DNA of 64,000 nucleotides from a virus (IMGVR_UViG_3300028920_000044:45195-109194), one strand, 5' to 3'; shown: positions 20,674-31,682, counted from the first letter of the stretch. The notes: generated from the letters alone by a model not told the origin. A program made the numbers and translations.

Positions 20674-20940
20674 TTAAATCCGAGTCTTTGTAATTCTGGA
20701 TAAAGGAGTATTAACGTACTGATAAGCTACCTCAGGATTTGGAGGAGCAGCCTTAGGATCTATCTTTCCCTCTGTCTTTCCAGGTCCAGTTAACTTATTC
20801 TTCTTAATCTCCTGGTCAATTTTATCTCCCATAGGAGAATCATCTTTATAAACCTTCATATCAGTTTGGACGCCTTGCTTCAGCATAACATCGCCAGTTT
20901 GTACATCCTCCTCATATAAAGTACCGAGAATACTTAACAT
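20674..20940 (-). CDS. Small protein, variant N-terminal tag
   Basis: MLSILGTLYEE; GAGGAGG RBS. Confidence 0.65.
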   Translation of the reverse strand: MLSILGTLYEEDVQTGDVMLKQGVQTDMKVYKDDSPMGDKIDQEIKKNKLTGPGKTEGKIDPKAAPPNPEVAYQYVNTPLSRITKTRI

Positions 20941-20942
20941 TG

Positions 20943-23900
20943 TTATTCCTCCTCATCTAATACTTTTCTAACTTGTTGAATTAATTCTCTCAATGTGTAA
21001 GGTTTATTAATGAAGCTTTTTGCTCCAGAACCAATTGCGTCGTTAATAGGACCATTAGCAGAATATCCGCTAGCCACAATGATTTTAGCAGTAGGTTCTT
21101 CAATAATAATTCTTTCTAATACTTCTGTTCCTCCTATATCAGGCATAATTAAATCTAGAATAACTAAATCAATTAATTCCTTATTATTATTATAAGTCTC
21201 CAACCCCGATATACCGTCACAAGCAGATAAGACTGTATAACCATACATTTCTAGAATCTTGGTCCCTACTTTCTTGATATCTTCTTCATCATCGATCATA
21301 AGGATAGTTTCTTTTCCACCTATAAGATCCTTAGTTAAATCTATGGATGTTTGTTTCATTTCTTCCCCATCACTAATAGGGATATACAATTTAAACTCTG
21401 TTCCTTCATTCAAATTACTATATACAGTTATATACCCACCATGACTTTGCATAATACCATACACAACGGCTAATCCTAAACCAGTTCCTTTACCTGGTTC
21501 TTTAGTAGTAAAGAAAGGTTCAAAAATTCGTTCTTGTACATCAAAACTCATTCCTTCACCAGAATCAACGATACATATTCTGATATAATTCCCTGGTGTA
21601 GCATCAGGATGTTTCTCACAGTAATATTCGTCTAATTCTACTACCTTCGTTGTGATCATTATATGGCCACCATGAGGCATAGCATCTTTGGCATTTATAC
21701 ATAGATTCGTTATTACTTGATTTAATTGAGTAGGGTCTGCCAAACCAAGTGGTAAATCTTCTTGAAGTTTTAACTTAATTTTTATCATAACTGGACCAGT
21801 TGCTGCACGATCGAGAAGCTTATGGGCTAATTTAATTTCTTCGTTAACATTAATAGATTGAAGTCTACTTTCTACTTGTCTACTAAATGTAAGCAATCGT
21901 TTAGCTAAATCTGCTCCTCGCATAGATGCAGTATACATCGCAGATAACTGGCTTTTGATATCTTCATGATCCTTCACCATAAGTAACTGTAAATTACCGC
22001 TTATGATTTGAACAATGTTGTTAAAGTCATGAGCAACACCACCAGCTAATGTCCCAACGGCTTCCATTTTAGAAGCTCTGCGTAATTGTCTTTCTTTTTC
22101 TAATAAAGCTTCTTGGGCTTTCTTCATACCAGAAATATCTTTAATTATTGAAAGAATATGATCCTCGCCACCTATCTTAATTACACTTGAAGAAACTAAA
22201 GCAGATTTTGAAACACCATCTTTTCCTCTCAACATGGCTTCCATACTATCAACATATCCTCGTTCTCCAAGACTTTCATAGAACTTATCTCTATCTTCTT
22301 GATCTGACCACATCTCTAATTCGATTACATCTTTTCCTATAGCTTCTTCTCTAGTGTATCCTGATTCTTTTGTGAATCCTTGATTAACATCAACTATAAT
22401 ACCACTATTAGCTTTAAGAAGGATTATTGGATCAGGACTTGTTGTAAATGCTAATCTAAATTTCTCTTCACTTTCTTCAAGAGATTTCGTCGCGTTATAG
22501 CTATAAGTAATATCTTCAAATGCAATAGCAATACGATCTCCAGGTAAACAAAATGCTTTTATTCTATAAACACCGTCAAGATGGTCAGAATGATATATAT
22601 AACCTTCATTCTCATACGGACCATTCTTTAAAACGCAAGAATTATAAAGCGCATTCTTTAAATCTCCTCCACCTGGCCATATTTCGTCAAAAGATTTACC
22701 TTGATTACTACCAATATCTATTCTTGTGATTAATTCAGCAGCAGGATTACCATCAATAAGTATCATTTCTAAGTTCTTGCATTCATAAATAAAAATACCC
22801 GATGGTACCGTCTCAAATATTTGAGATGCTGTCTGTAATTCATATTCTGCTTTAACCCGTGAAGTAATATCTTGACCAAGTGAAATAACACCTACTAACT
22901 CACCTTTATCATTATGAAGAATTGTGTTATTCCATTCGCAAGTTATAACATCTCCGGATTTAGTAAGATTATCATTCACAATATGGATCGGTAATGTTTT
23001 ATTTAATAAACTTTCAACAACATCTAAAAGTTGTAAACGCTCATGCTTTGGAATTAAGAAATCAAAGATATTGTTCCCAATTACTTCTTCTTTCGACCAT
23101 CCAAAGATTTTTTCTGCATGATCATTCCATTCTTTTATGTGAGTGTGTTCATCCCAAAATATAATAGCGAGAGGAGCAGTCTCGAAAAGAGTTCTATATC
23201 GCTCTTCACTTTCTCGTATAAGATATTGTGATTGTTTACGACCTAACGCAATACCGATACTCGCTCCAAGTCCTTCAAAAAACTCAATCATATCCAGAGT
23301 AAACATATTCCTTCGACGATCATTTAATTGTAGTAACCCTATATTTATTCCTTCTGGAGAAACTAATGGAATAAGACCAACTGACATATATCCTTCTGCA
23401 TTACACCTGTTACGAGTTTTAAGTTTGACACCTGTCGGTACACCATCGTCTTTTAATAATTCAACTGTGTTATTTGTCCAGAAACTACCACCAATTGTAA
23501 AGTGGGGTAGGTTAGAATCTGTCTCTCCGCAAATAATCATACCACACATACAATCTAAACAAGCTGTACCGTCCGAATGCCTGATTACATTACCTACTTC
23601 GTCCCGTGAACATATATGGGTTTCTTTTTGAACAAAGTCTTCATCAAATCCTTCAGTTACATAATAAGGATATTCATCATTATCTTGTAATCTAATAGCA
23701 ACAGCATCTAACCTAGTAAACCTTTTAATAAGAGTTAAAATCTTCTTAATAGTTAATTCAGCTTCAAATTCAGAATTAAGAATATCTAAGACATTTGAAG
23801 ATAACTCCTGTCTTTCCCGATAACGTACTACATCTGATATGTCAGAGACTATTCCCACAAATCCAATTACCTCATTGTTTTTATCTCGTTTATAATTCCA

Positions 23901-26021
23901 ATCAACTTGAACATCAAAAGTTCTTCCACCTTTAGTGATATTCTTACCTTGATAAGTCTTAGGATCTGGTTGATCTATTGGTAAACTTCTAAACATATCT
24001 TTAAGTTCGTCTTTATTTTTGTCGCCCACAAACTCCCATATGTAATGCCCTAATACTTCGTCTTTAGACATTCTCATCATTTTTATATAAGCGCTATTAA
24101 CATAAATAAGTTTACCATTAATATCTAATTCTTCAATACCGTATGGACTTGTTTCTACTAATACACGATATTTTTTCTCACTTTCAATCAAAGCTTTTTC
24201 CGCCAACTTACGATCTGTTACATTAATAAGTATCCCATCTATAACATCGTGTTCTTCGTTATATCGGGCAGACACTTCAAGAGCAACATCCGATCCATCC
24301 TTTTTAGTTCCTTTAATAGGAAGATTATCGATTCTTTTTACTTCTCTTAAATGATCTATAACGTTATTAATCTGTGTTTGATCAGTATATTTCCCCCAAC
24401 CGGTAAATTTATCAAAGAGATCTGTAGAATCATCATATCCAAGCATTTTTATATGAGCAGGATTAGCTTCTATTGTTTTACCGGTGCTGATTTGTATTTG
24501 AAACATACCTACCATGGACGTTTCATATATAGTTCTGTATTTTCTTTCACTATCTTCAATAATTTTTCGTTGAGCTAATCTATTTGTTATATCTCTAGCA
24601 AATGCAACTATATATTCAACTTTATCAAATACAACATAAGTAGCAGATATTTCGACAGGTATTTTACTACTATCTTCTCTTTTATGTGTATGTTCGAAAA
24701 TCAACCAACCTTTAGTTCTCATTTGGATGAAATGTTCTTTCCATTCCTTCTTTCCAAAATCACTAAAATGAATATCCCATACATTCTTTTTCATCAATTG
24801 GTCTTTAGTATATCCTAATTGACTACATGCAGTTTGATTCACATATACAAATCTTCCATTTTTATTTAACCAAAAAGCAGCATCTTTCATAGCGTGTACA
24901 GCAAATTTAGTGAATTTAAGAAGCTTCTCAACTTTTAATCGAGCAAGTCGTTGGGTAATAAAAGCAACAATAATAAAGAACTGTATTACTATTATTGTGA
25001 TACTTGGCCAAAAATATTTCTTATATTTATCATAAAATGATATTGGAGCATTTATTATAACACTGTCAACTGGTAATCTTTGTAAGTCTATATTACGATT
25101 CATTAAAACATTATAATCAAACATTGGGGTGTTTGGACTTTTAATTACAACGGGAATTGAATTAATATCGATTCCTGATAACACTTTAACTGCCATGTTA
25201 GCAGCAATCTCCCCCTGTTTAAATCCATTTATAACATATCCTCCAATTATCTCATTACTAACACCAACTTCAAAATCACAAACGGTATACATTGAAATAT
25301 CAGGCCTTAATTTTTTAACCATGCTCGTTACTTGTCTTAATGATAATATCTTACCATCAATAGAATGACTAAATAGATATTTAATTATTGCAGATCTAAC
25401 AGGCAACGACAATATCCATTTTTTAATCCCATCAATTGTCCATGTATGGATCCATGAAACATAACCGTCGAGATCGGAATTATTATCAAATATATCCTTA
25501 ATTACTGAGTTGTCCGGTAGTCGAGTATCAATAACTACACCAATATGAGTAACATCTGGTTGTAACTGGTTAATCACATATATAGTTTTTGTCAGATCAA
25601 ATTCTTCCATAACTCCAGTTACGTCTTTTACTTCTACAATATTAAACAATGGATTAATACCACAAAAAATAATAGGAGTAGATATATCTACATATGCTTC
25701 CTCACGATGATTTAATGCAAACTCTAATGCATTATTATCGGACACAATAATGAGATCAAATTTCTTGTTTTTATGTTTAATATCAACGACTTCATGAAGC
25801 AACGTTCTTATTTCATCATAATTATTTCTTTTTGTGTCTAAATATTCTATGTGTTCTATATGATGCTCATTGGCATCTAAAACACTATCAATACCCTCCT
25901 GAATCCTATCTGTCCAAGCAAATCCTTGATGGTAAGAGTGAATAATTAATATCTCACCAGCGTTTGCTGCCGAACATAAAAGGGCAAATGCGCACATTAG
26001 TAAGATTGTTTTTAGCTTCAA
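20943..26021 (-). CDS. Hybrid sensor histidine kinase (signal peptide, ABC-substrate-binding-like sensor, TM, multiple PAS, GAF, HisKA, HATPase, REC)
   Basis: ILIIHSYHQGFAWTD sensor; repeated SE.KYR..FE...DIT PAS units; GVAHDFNNI H-box; NLCINAKDAM; DSGEGM; FFTTKEPGKGTGLGL; LVILDLIMP receiver. Confidence 0.95.
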   Translation of the reverse strand: MKLKTILLMCAFALLCSAANAGEILIIHSYHQGFAWTDRIQEGIDSVLDANEHHIEHIEYLDTKRNNYDEIRTLLHEVVDIKHKNKKFDLIIVSDNNALEFALNHREEAYVDISTPIIFCGINPLFNIVEVKDVTGVMEEFDLTKTIYVINQLQPDVTHIGVVIDTRLPDNSVIKDIFDNNSDLDGYVSWIHTWTIDGIKKWILSLPVRSAIIKYLFSHSIDGKILSLRQVTSMVKKLRPDISMYTVCDFEVGVSNEIIGGYVINGFKQGEIAANMAVKVLSGIDINSIPVVIKSPNTPMFDYNVLMNRNIDLQRLPVDSVIINAPISFYDKYKKYFWPSITIIVIQFFIIVAFITQRLARLKVEKLLKFTKFAVHAMKDAAFWLNKNGRFVYVNQTACSQLGYTKDQLMKKNVWDIHFSDFGKKEWKEHFIQMRTKGWLIFEHTHKREDSSKIPVEISATYVVFDKVEYIVAFARDITNRLAQRKIIEDSERKYRTIYETSMVGMFQIQISTGKTIEANPAHIKMLGYDDSTDLFDKFTGWGKYTDQTQINNVIDHLREVKRIDNLPIKGTKKDGSDVALEVSARYNEEHDVIDGILINVTDRKLAEKALIESEKKYRVLVETSPYGIEELDINGKLIYVNSAYIKMMRMSKDEVLGHYIWEFVGDKNKDELKDMFRSLPIDQPDPKTYQGKNITKGGRTFDVQVDWNYKRDKNNEVIGFVGIVSDISDVVRYRERQELSSNVLDILNSEFEAELTIKKILTLIKRFTRLDAVAIRLQDNDEYPYYVTEGFDEDFVQKETHICSRDEVGNVIRHSDGTACLDCMCGMIICGETDSNLPHFTIGGSFWTNNTVELLKDDGVPTGVKLKTRNRCNAEGYMSVGLIPLVSPEGINIGLLQLNDRRRNMFTLDMIEFFEGLGASIGIALGRKQSQYLIRESEERYRTLFETAPLAIIFWDEHTHIKEWNDHAEKIFGWSKEEVIGNNIFDFLIPKHERLQLLDVVESLLNKTLPIHIVNDNLTKSGDVITCEWNNTILHNDKGELVGVISLGQDITSRVKAEYELQTASQIFETVPSGIFIYECKNLEMILIDGNPAAELITRIDIGSNQGKSFDEIWPGGGDLKNALYNSCVLKNGPYENEGYIYHSDHLDGVYRIKAFCLPGDRIAIAFEDITYSYNATKSLEESEEKFRLAFTTSPDPIILLKANSGIIVDVNQGFTKESGYTREEAIGKDVIELEMWSDQEDRDKFYESLGERGYVDSMEAMLRGKDGVSKSALVSSSVIKIGGEDHILSIIKDISGMKKAQEALLEKERQLRRASKMEAVGTLAGGVAHDFNNIVQIISGNLQLLMVKDHEDIKSQLSAMYTASMRGADLAKRLLTFSRQVESRLQSINVNEEIKLAHKLLDRAATGPVMIKIKLKLQEDLPLGLADPTQLNQVITNLCINAKDAMPHGGHIMITTKVVELDEYYCEKHPDATPGNYIRICIVDSGEGMSFDVQERIFEPFFTTKEPGKGTGLGLAVVYGIMQSHGGYITVYSNLNEGTEFKLYIPISDGEEMKQTSIDLTKDLIGGKETILMIDDEEDIKKVGTKILEMYGYTVLSACDGISGLETYNNNKELIDLVILDLIMPDIGGTEVLERIIIEEPTAKIIVASGYSANGPINDAIGSGAKSFINKPYTLRELIQQVRKVLDEEE

Positions 26022-26034
26022 ATAACACCTCCGA

Positions 26035-26403
26035 TTATTCGTCGAGTACTTCTCTAACGACTGTTTCTAACTCTTTTATATCTACTGGTTTCTGAACTAA
26101 TCTTTTTGCACCTAAACTCGAACCATCCTCATTAGATGAAGTAATATAACCACTTAAAACTATAACCTTCACTTCTGGATTTATCTGTGTTAGCAGCACA
26201 ATAGCATCTTCTCCTTCAATATCAGGTAAACGCAAATCCATAAGTATTAAATCGATGTTACTATAATTTTGTTCATAATATGATTTAGCAGATGTAAATT
26301 CATAAAAACAAACAGTTTTATAATTATACTTTCCTAACATCTGGGCCAATATATCACAAATAGGCTTTTCATCATCCAATATTAATATTGATTCTTTAGA
26401 CAA
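26035..26403 (-). CDS. Single-domain response regulator (REC)
   Basis: ILILDDE, LILMDLRLP, VLSGY, QKPV. Confidence 0.9.
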   Translation of the reverse strand: MSKESILILDDEKPICDILAQMLGKYNYKTVCFYEFTSAKSYYEQNYSNIDLILMDLRLPDIEGEDAIVLLTQINPEVKVIVLSGYITSSNEDGSSLGAKRLVQKPVDIKELETVVREVLDE

Positions 26404-26416
26404 ATCTAGATCCTCC

Positions 26417-27304
26417 TTAGAATAACGCTTCCAGTTTATCCTTTAATGTGAATCCTTTTAATGGATTTGGCGATCTAGGGATAGTTGGAATATCTGGTAC
26501 TTTGGGTAATTTATCAAAGTTGGTAATCTCATCAGCAAGCTTATTTTCTAATTTTGTTTTTTCTTCTAACAGTGACCCCATGTTAGTCTTCATTTTAGGG
26601 GTAACTCCAGGTACACCAGCGAATGGACCTATCTCAAACTCAGGTTCGCCAGTGATTTTTAATCCAGCTTTCGCAAGTTCACCTTCTATATCTACTACTG
26701 TCGGTAATTTACTTTGATCGACATTAGGACATCCTTGTAAACAATTAATCAGATTTAATATTTCATCAAGCAAATCTAAAGGAAGCATATCTTTTAACCA
26801 AGACAAAGCATCCATTAATGCTTTTTCGATAGGATCTAATATTGCATCAAGAGCTTTAGCAATCAATCCCAGAATAGCATCAAGTAATCTACTTGCTAAG
26901 TCTTTTATACCAGATAGATCGATTCCGCCTTTTCCTGGAAACCCAAAGTCAAATCCGCCTCCCAAACAATCAGCAAGATTCTGTAATGTGACATCGGATC
27001 CTTCTACTATTTCCCCATTTAATACCTTATCAATCATACCTTTAGCAGCATCTTTCATTCCATCCGATGCATTATTAGCACCATTTTTAGCATCATCAGG
27101 ATCTGACAAACCCAGATCACCTAATCCTGCAAGTTCAAGCAATTTTCTTTTAGCGTCTTCAAGAGCTCCACCTTTAGCTCTATCTAGAATGTTTTTTAAC
27201 TGTCTTTGTTTTTGACCTAATATATCATTCGCAGTCCTACAAGCTCCTTCGCTTGTAAGTTGTGGAACACCACCTATTAATTCTAAGTCAGGCATAATAT
27301 TCAC
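26417..27304 (-). CDS. Hypothetical helical protein near baseplate spike gene
   Basis: 295 aa ORF, Leu/Asp-rich amphipathic helices. Confidence 0.65.
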   Translation of the reverse strand: MNIMPDLELIGGVPQLTSEGACRTANDILGQKQRQLKNILDRAKGGALEDAKRKLLELAGLGDLGLSDPDDAKNGANNASDGMKDAAKGMIDKVLNGEIVEGSDVTLQNLADCLGGGFDFGFPGKGGIDLSGIKDLASRLLDAILGLIAKALDAILDPIEKALMDALSWLKDMLPLDLLDEILNLINCLQGCPNVDQSKLPTVVDIEGELAKAGLKITGEPEFEIGPFAGVPGVTPKMKTNMGSLLEEKTKLENKLADEITNFDKLPKVPDIPTIPRSPNPLKGFTLKDKLEALF

Positions 27305-27306
27305 CT

Positions 27307-27537
27307 TTAATCATCGTCATATCCCGGTTCACCAATGTTTTTGACTGTGTCTACATCATCCCCAAATTTAGCAATAGCGTCCATCTTTGCTTTTTTAGTT
27401 AGTTTCATATGTATATCAATCATAGTTTTCAATGGGTCATCTGCTTTTTCAAGTACACTTGCTAAAGGAAGACGGTAAACTATCTTTTCAGGCTTTTTGC
27501 CTGAATTAAATGTTATTTCGTAAACTATTTCATCCAT
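27307..27537 (-). CDS. Small hypothetical protein
   Basis: 76 aa, overlaps upstream stop. Confidence 0.6.
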   Translation of the reverse strand: MDEIVYEITFNSGKKPEKIVYRLPLASVLEKADDPLKTMIDIHMKLTKKAKMDAIAKFGDDVDTVKNIGEPGYDDD

Positions 27538-28624
27538 TTACACTACCATAGCCCCCGTCAGGTTTTGTAACATCGTCACATTTCTTACCTACTGCGGTAT
27601 CACTATCATATTCTTCCGTTTCTTTTGGACCTAAATCAATTACTTCTGTTTTAGGTTGAGCATCTTCGGCAACTTTTGAGACCTTTGCTTGTTTCTTATT
27701 CGCTAATCCACTTTGTATATTAACACCACCAGCACCATCTATATTCACAGAACTATCACTATAAATATTACATGTTCCTGTAACAGAAATATTACAATCT
27801 CCGTCAACTTCAAGAGTCATATCGTCTACAACAGATATATCATAACTACCTTCTATATTATCAATTTTATCACCAACAGTTGTAAGATGATGCTCTCCAT
27901 GAACATTTTCTTTACGATCCTTATAAACGATTTTATCTTCATTTTGAACAACATTAACTGTTCTATTACCACCAACTGCTAGATCTTCATTTTCTGCAAT
28001 ATTAGCTTTTCTATTCTTCTTAACGAGAAGACTTTTATCTCCATCAATCTGTTTATTATCATCAAGTTTTATACGAACACGACGATTGTCCCTAGTCCAA
28101 ATATGAATGCCTGATTCATCTATTCGATAGACTGTTCTTCGTTCTGGACTCTCATCACGATTATATACTAAATAAATAGTGTTTGGCTCTTTTTCAGTCT
28201 CTTCATTAACATAGAATATGTTAAATTTTTTTGGTGTCTTAAATATAATATATTGTTCGTCCCTATCTAGAACTGCAGGTTTAACTGTTCTTCCATCTTG
28301 AGCTTCATTATCGGTATTATCATCAGCATCAGAAATTATACGATTAATGTACCCAGAACTATAATCATTACTATAAAATTTGACTATTACTTTGGTACCT
28401 GCATGTAAAGGATAATAGCTGCCATATTCCCCATTGTCTGATGGTGTGATCCTCCAAGCATGAACTTGGTTCTTACACCATATTCCTTTATCTTCAGTAA
28501 GATGTTGCATTATCTCAGGCAAGTGAACTTTATAACGACCCATTTGTCTAGGGTCTGGTTCGCCTAAAATAGTACCAATAAATTCTTTCTCAATGAGGGA
28601 TTCTAAAATATCTAATTCGCTCAT
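27530..28624 (-). CDS. Baseplate hub/central spike, T4 gp5/VgrG-like
   Basis: OB-fold DPRQMGRYKVHLP...PLHAGTKVIVKF; C-terminal 8-residue V.G(D/N) beta-helix repeats; start re-called to MSELDIL. Confidence 0.8.
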   Translation of the reverse strand: MSELDILESLIEKEFIGTILGEPDPRQMGRYKVHLPEIMQHLTEDKGIWCKNQVHAWRITPSDNGEYGSYYPLHAGTKVIVKFYSNDYSSGYINRIISDADDNTDNEAQDGRTVKPAVLDRDEQYIIFKTPKKFNIFYVNEETEKEPNTIYLVYNRDESPERRTVYRIDESGIHIWTRDNRRVRIKLDDNKQIDGDKSLLVKKNRKANIAENEDLAVGGNRTVNVVQNEDKIVYKDRKENVHGEHHLTTVGDKIDNIEGSYDISVVDDMTLEVDGDCNISVTGTCNIYSDSSVNIDGAGGVNIQSGLANKKQAKVSKVAEDAQPKTEVIDLGPKETEEYDSDTAVGKKCDDVTKPDGGYGSVNG

Positions 28625-28628
28625 AGTA

Positions 28629-28967
28629 TTATCCTTCGTATGCACCTAATTCTTTTAATATCTCATTAACCTTTTCAGCGATAACATCTTCATACTGTAT
28701 ACCAATCTGATAATCTCCTCCGGCACCACCTGCAGTTACAGGTACCTTCTGACACCACACTACTTTAGCTGCAAACAAGTGATGTGTGCCTTCAAGTGAA
28801 AACTGTATCATATCATCCACTTGAAATAATTGATCGACCATCAATGACATACCTCCATGGCATATATTTGAACTTTTAGCCACTCTTATAGACGTGCCAT
28901 CTCCAAAAACATATGTCACATCAATAGCATACTGATATCGATCAACTTCTCTTCTATCATCACTCAT
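28629..28967 (-). CDS. PilZ domain protein
   Basis: Start MSDDRREVDR (AGGAG RBS); RxxxR plus NICHGGM; AKVVWC; IGIQY. Confidence 0.8.
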   Translation of the reverse strand: MSDDRREVDRYQYAIDVTYVFGDGTSIRVAKSSNICHGGMSLMVDQLFQVDDMIQFSLEGTHHLFAAKVVWCQKVPVTAGGAGGDYQIGIQYEDVIAEKVNEILKELGAYEG

Positions 28968-29093
28968 GAAATATTCTCCTAATATGATCAAAGAGTTCGA
29001 TGTCAATCCATCCAAAATCATTTGCCACAAGTAATAACATGATTACTATACTAATAATTAAAACACTTGATACTACTTGATAAGTGGTTTGCT

Positions 29094-29675
29094 TCATTGT
29101 ACACCCTCTGCTCTCTCCATCTTTATCTTATCTATTTCTATTTGAACCATTTTGCTCAAGTATTTTTTTAAAGACTTCCAACATTCTCTATCATTATTCT
29201 CTGGATCAATACCTTTTTTATGTTTATCACCATCATTAGCTTTCCATCCGTCATCTTTACTAGGTATCAATGAATAGTTACCTTCTGTCTTATTAGGGAT
29301 AAATACGAAACAACCATTATTCTCTCCACTAAATCGACTTAATTTTTTATATTGGCCTTTCACAATATGACCAGCATAACCACTTACTAATTGACACCGA
29401 AAGTAAAATACTGGGTTCTCCCAGTCACCACCAGCTTGATGTAACCTACAATTAAACTTGCATTCTGTATGATCCCATTGATTCTGTGGAATAATTATTA
29501 TTTTTTCCTGTCTATGATAAGTATCATCATTTTCTTGATCGAACCATATTTTAAAATCTTTCTTAGCTTGGACAGTTATATCTCTCCACATTCTACTTGC
29601 TAATTGATCATAATGAAAGAACTGTGGTTTAAGTTTCTTTATTGCTTCATATAAATAAATCATCAGAGACACCAT
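29094..29675 (-). CDS. Hypothetical phage protein
   Basis: 193 aa; AGGDWENPVFYFRCQ conserved-looking block. Confidence 0.7.
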   Translation of the reverse strand: MVSLMIYLYEAIKKLKPQFFHYDQLASRMWRDITVQAKKDFKIWFDQENDDTYHRQEKIIIIPQNQWDHTECKFNCRLHQAGGDWENPVFYFRCQLVSGYAGHIVKGQYKKLSRFSGENNGCFVFIPNKTEGNYSLIPSKDDGWKANDGDKHKKGIDPENNDRECWKSLKKYLSKMVQIEIDKIKMERAEGVQ

Positions 29676-29879
29676 TCAGAAGTCTGTTAACTCTTGTAAC
29701 TTCTTTCCTAATTCGCGTACACAGTTATTATCATATGGATACATAGTGATTTGTACTTCTCCAAGACTTAACACTAATACTTTTCTATGATCTACAGTCT
29801 CTCGTATCCAAGCTGATAAATCATGGAAACCTATATTATTGTTTCTCTTACCAGATACTCTTATTTCCATAATGATCAC
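29676..29879 (-). CDS. Small hypothetical protein
   Basis: 67 aa, abuts neighbours. Confidence 0.55.
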   Translation of the reverse strand: MIIMEIRVSGKRNNNIGFHDLSAWIRETVDHRKVLVLSLGEVQITMYPYDNNCVRELGKKLQELTDF

Positions 29880-30367
29880 ATTTGGAAGATTGTCCCTCCA
29901 GCTAAACCGCCTTTGGTAATTTCTTCTTCAGTCTTCCATCTCCTAAGTATTCCTTTAATTTTAGAAACAACATATCCAAGAGATATCCCACCAGCAATAG
30001 CACCTAATAATGCTAACGCAATCGCAGGTCCTAAAGTTAACCCAGCCATCCCAGCCTTTGCAGTGGCAACTAGACCGCCAGAAACAGCACCAGCAGCACC
30101 TCCTTGAATCCAACCAATTCGTTGTCCTACTTTCTGAGATGCTAAAAGATATGCTCTAACTTTAGGGTCATCTAAAAGAGTTGTCATTTCTTGTCTTTCA
30201 AATGTTTTTATTTTACCCTTCTTTACAATCTTTTGGCTTAATGTTATAAACCTTTTAATTGTAGGGTCTTTAATCATTCGATTCATTTCTGGGACCTTAG
30301 GAACTTCAGATTCAGCAATAACCTCTTCGCATATTGCAAGTCCTAAGTAATAATGATTACTATCCAT
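29876..30367 (-). CDS. Glycine-zipper membrane protein
   Basis: GGAAGAVSGG...LLGAIAGGISLG. Confidence 0.65.
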   Translation of the reverse strand: MDSNHYYLGLAICEEVIAESEVPKVPEMNRMIKDPTIKRFITLSQKIVKKGKIKTFERQEMTTLLDDPKVRAYLLASQKVGQRIGWIQGGAAGAVSGGLVATAKAGMAGLTLGPAIALALLGAIAGGISLGYVVSKIKGILRRWKTEEEITKGGLAGGTIFQM

Positions 30368-30368
30368 T

Positions 30369-30872
30369 TTAATATCTCCTAGTATTCACTTTAGGTACAT
30401 TCCTATGTGTATTAGCGAAAGCCATTCCAGGAGGAACATTCTTATTCATTTGATTGAGGCCCGTTGCTGATGCTTTATCTCCAAATTGCCCTACACTTTT
30501 ATTCTGTCTCATTTTGTCGATATTAAAACCAACATTCTGACTTTTATCAGGCATACTCATAAACGCCCCACGACCTCTCAAATCAGCCCTCCTTATATTT
30601 ATTTTTTTTGCTAGAGGTATTTGAGTCTGGTTAATAGGAACTTGGAATTTAGCTCCGCCACCTTTTAATGCTTGAACATTAGATATTACTTCCGACATAT
30701 TAATCATTGTCTTCCTCTTATTTTTTAAAAGAGTAGTTGTACTATTACCGGATCTAAGATTCCTATCTATAATCTTTTGATAACCTGGGGAAACCACACC
30801 TACCGGTGGTTGGGCAGGTGTGGCGCTCCAAGTTTCTCTGAAATAACTAACTAGAGAAATCATTTGTATCAT
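30369..30872 (-). CDS. Basic hypothetical protein
   Basis: MISLVSYFRE variant tag; N/K-rich. Confidence 0.6.
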   Translation of the reverse strand: MIQMISLVSYFRETWSATPAQPPVGVVSPGYQKIIDRNLRSGNSTTTLLKNKRKTMINMSEVISNVQALKGGGAKFQVPINQTQIPLAKKINIRRADLRGRGAFMSMPDKSQNVGFNIDKMRQNKSVGQFGDKASATGLNQMNKNVPPGMAFANTHRNVPKVNTRRY

Positions 30873-30875
30873 CCA

Positions 30876-31487
30876 TTAGGCCTGTGCAGCCTCTTCAGCA
30901 GTTTTAGCTTCTTCTAATTTTTTCCTTGCAACTTCAACGGCAGATTTTAAAGGTGTTTCATCATCACCCTGTTGCATATCTGCTAACGCCTGTTCTGCTT
31001 CTTCTAAATTCATCTCAGCGACTTCACGATCAACTCTGAGTTCCGCTAACTCTTTAACTTTCTTTTTTGTAATTGGTACCTCTTCTGCTGGGGGTGGTTC
31101 CGGAATCGGAGCAGGTTCTGGAGGAATTGGAGTCGTAGCAACAGCTTTCGCAACCTTTTTAATAGCTTCAACAGCTTTCTCAGCATAATCAGCAGGTCGT
31201 GATTTAATTGCACCTTTTAAAGCATCAATACCAGCTCTTGAAATCATAATAGATTTCTTCGGAGCAAGTCTACCCCAAATCGCTACACACTCAGATTCTT
31301 CTCCAGTCATACCACATATAGCAGTTTGCCAATGAGCATCTGGGTTATCGAGAATATTGCTAAGTTCATCTACTCCTGCTTCCGACAACAAAACTTCCCG
31401 GTTGTTGAGTACAACTCCTGCGGCTAAAACTATGCAACCTTTTGATTGTTCATGAGTTAATGCACAAATACCATCTCTGTAATCCAT
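30876..31487 (-). CDS. Hypothetical protein, Cys N-domain plus Pro linker and coiled coil
   Basis: Duplicated C..T.E.S.C..L unit; PEPAP linker. Confidence 0.7.
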   Translation of the reverse strand: MDYRDGICALTHEQSKGCIVLAAGVVLNNREVLLSEAGVDELSNILDNPDAHWQTAICGMTGEESECVAIWGRLAPKKSIMISRAGIDALKGAIKSRPADYAEKAVEAIKKVAKAVATTPIPPEPAPIPEPPPAEEVPITKKKVKELAELRVDREVAEMNLEEAEQALADMQQGDDETPLKSAVEVARKKLEEAKTAEEAAQA

Positions 31488-31511
31488 AATACTTCTCCTT
31501 AACGTTTAATT

Positions 31512-31682
31512 TCATTTGAGAAAGTCGATAATAAAATCAAATTCTCCATCATGGTACAAATCGCGACACATGTACCATATAGCTATCAACATAATAATTA
31601 ATGCAATAATGTCAGATATCCATTTCTTTTTACCAATTTTTTTATAAATCTTTTCTAACTCACGCTCTCGATCTTTGTTCAT
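31512..31682 (-). CDS. Small single-TM protein (56 aa), not in ORF track
   Basis: MNKDRERELEKIYKKIGKKKWISDIIALIIMLIAIWYMCRDLYHDGEFDFIIDFLK fills the gap. Confidence 0.55.
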   Translation of the reverse strand: MNKDRERELEKIYKKIGKKKWISDIIALIIMLIAIWYMCRDLYHDGEFDFIIDFLK

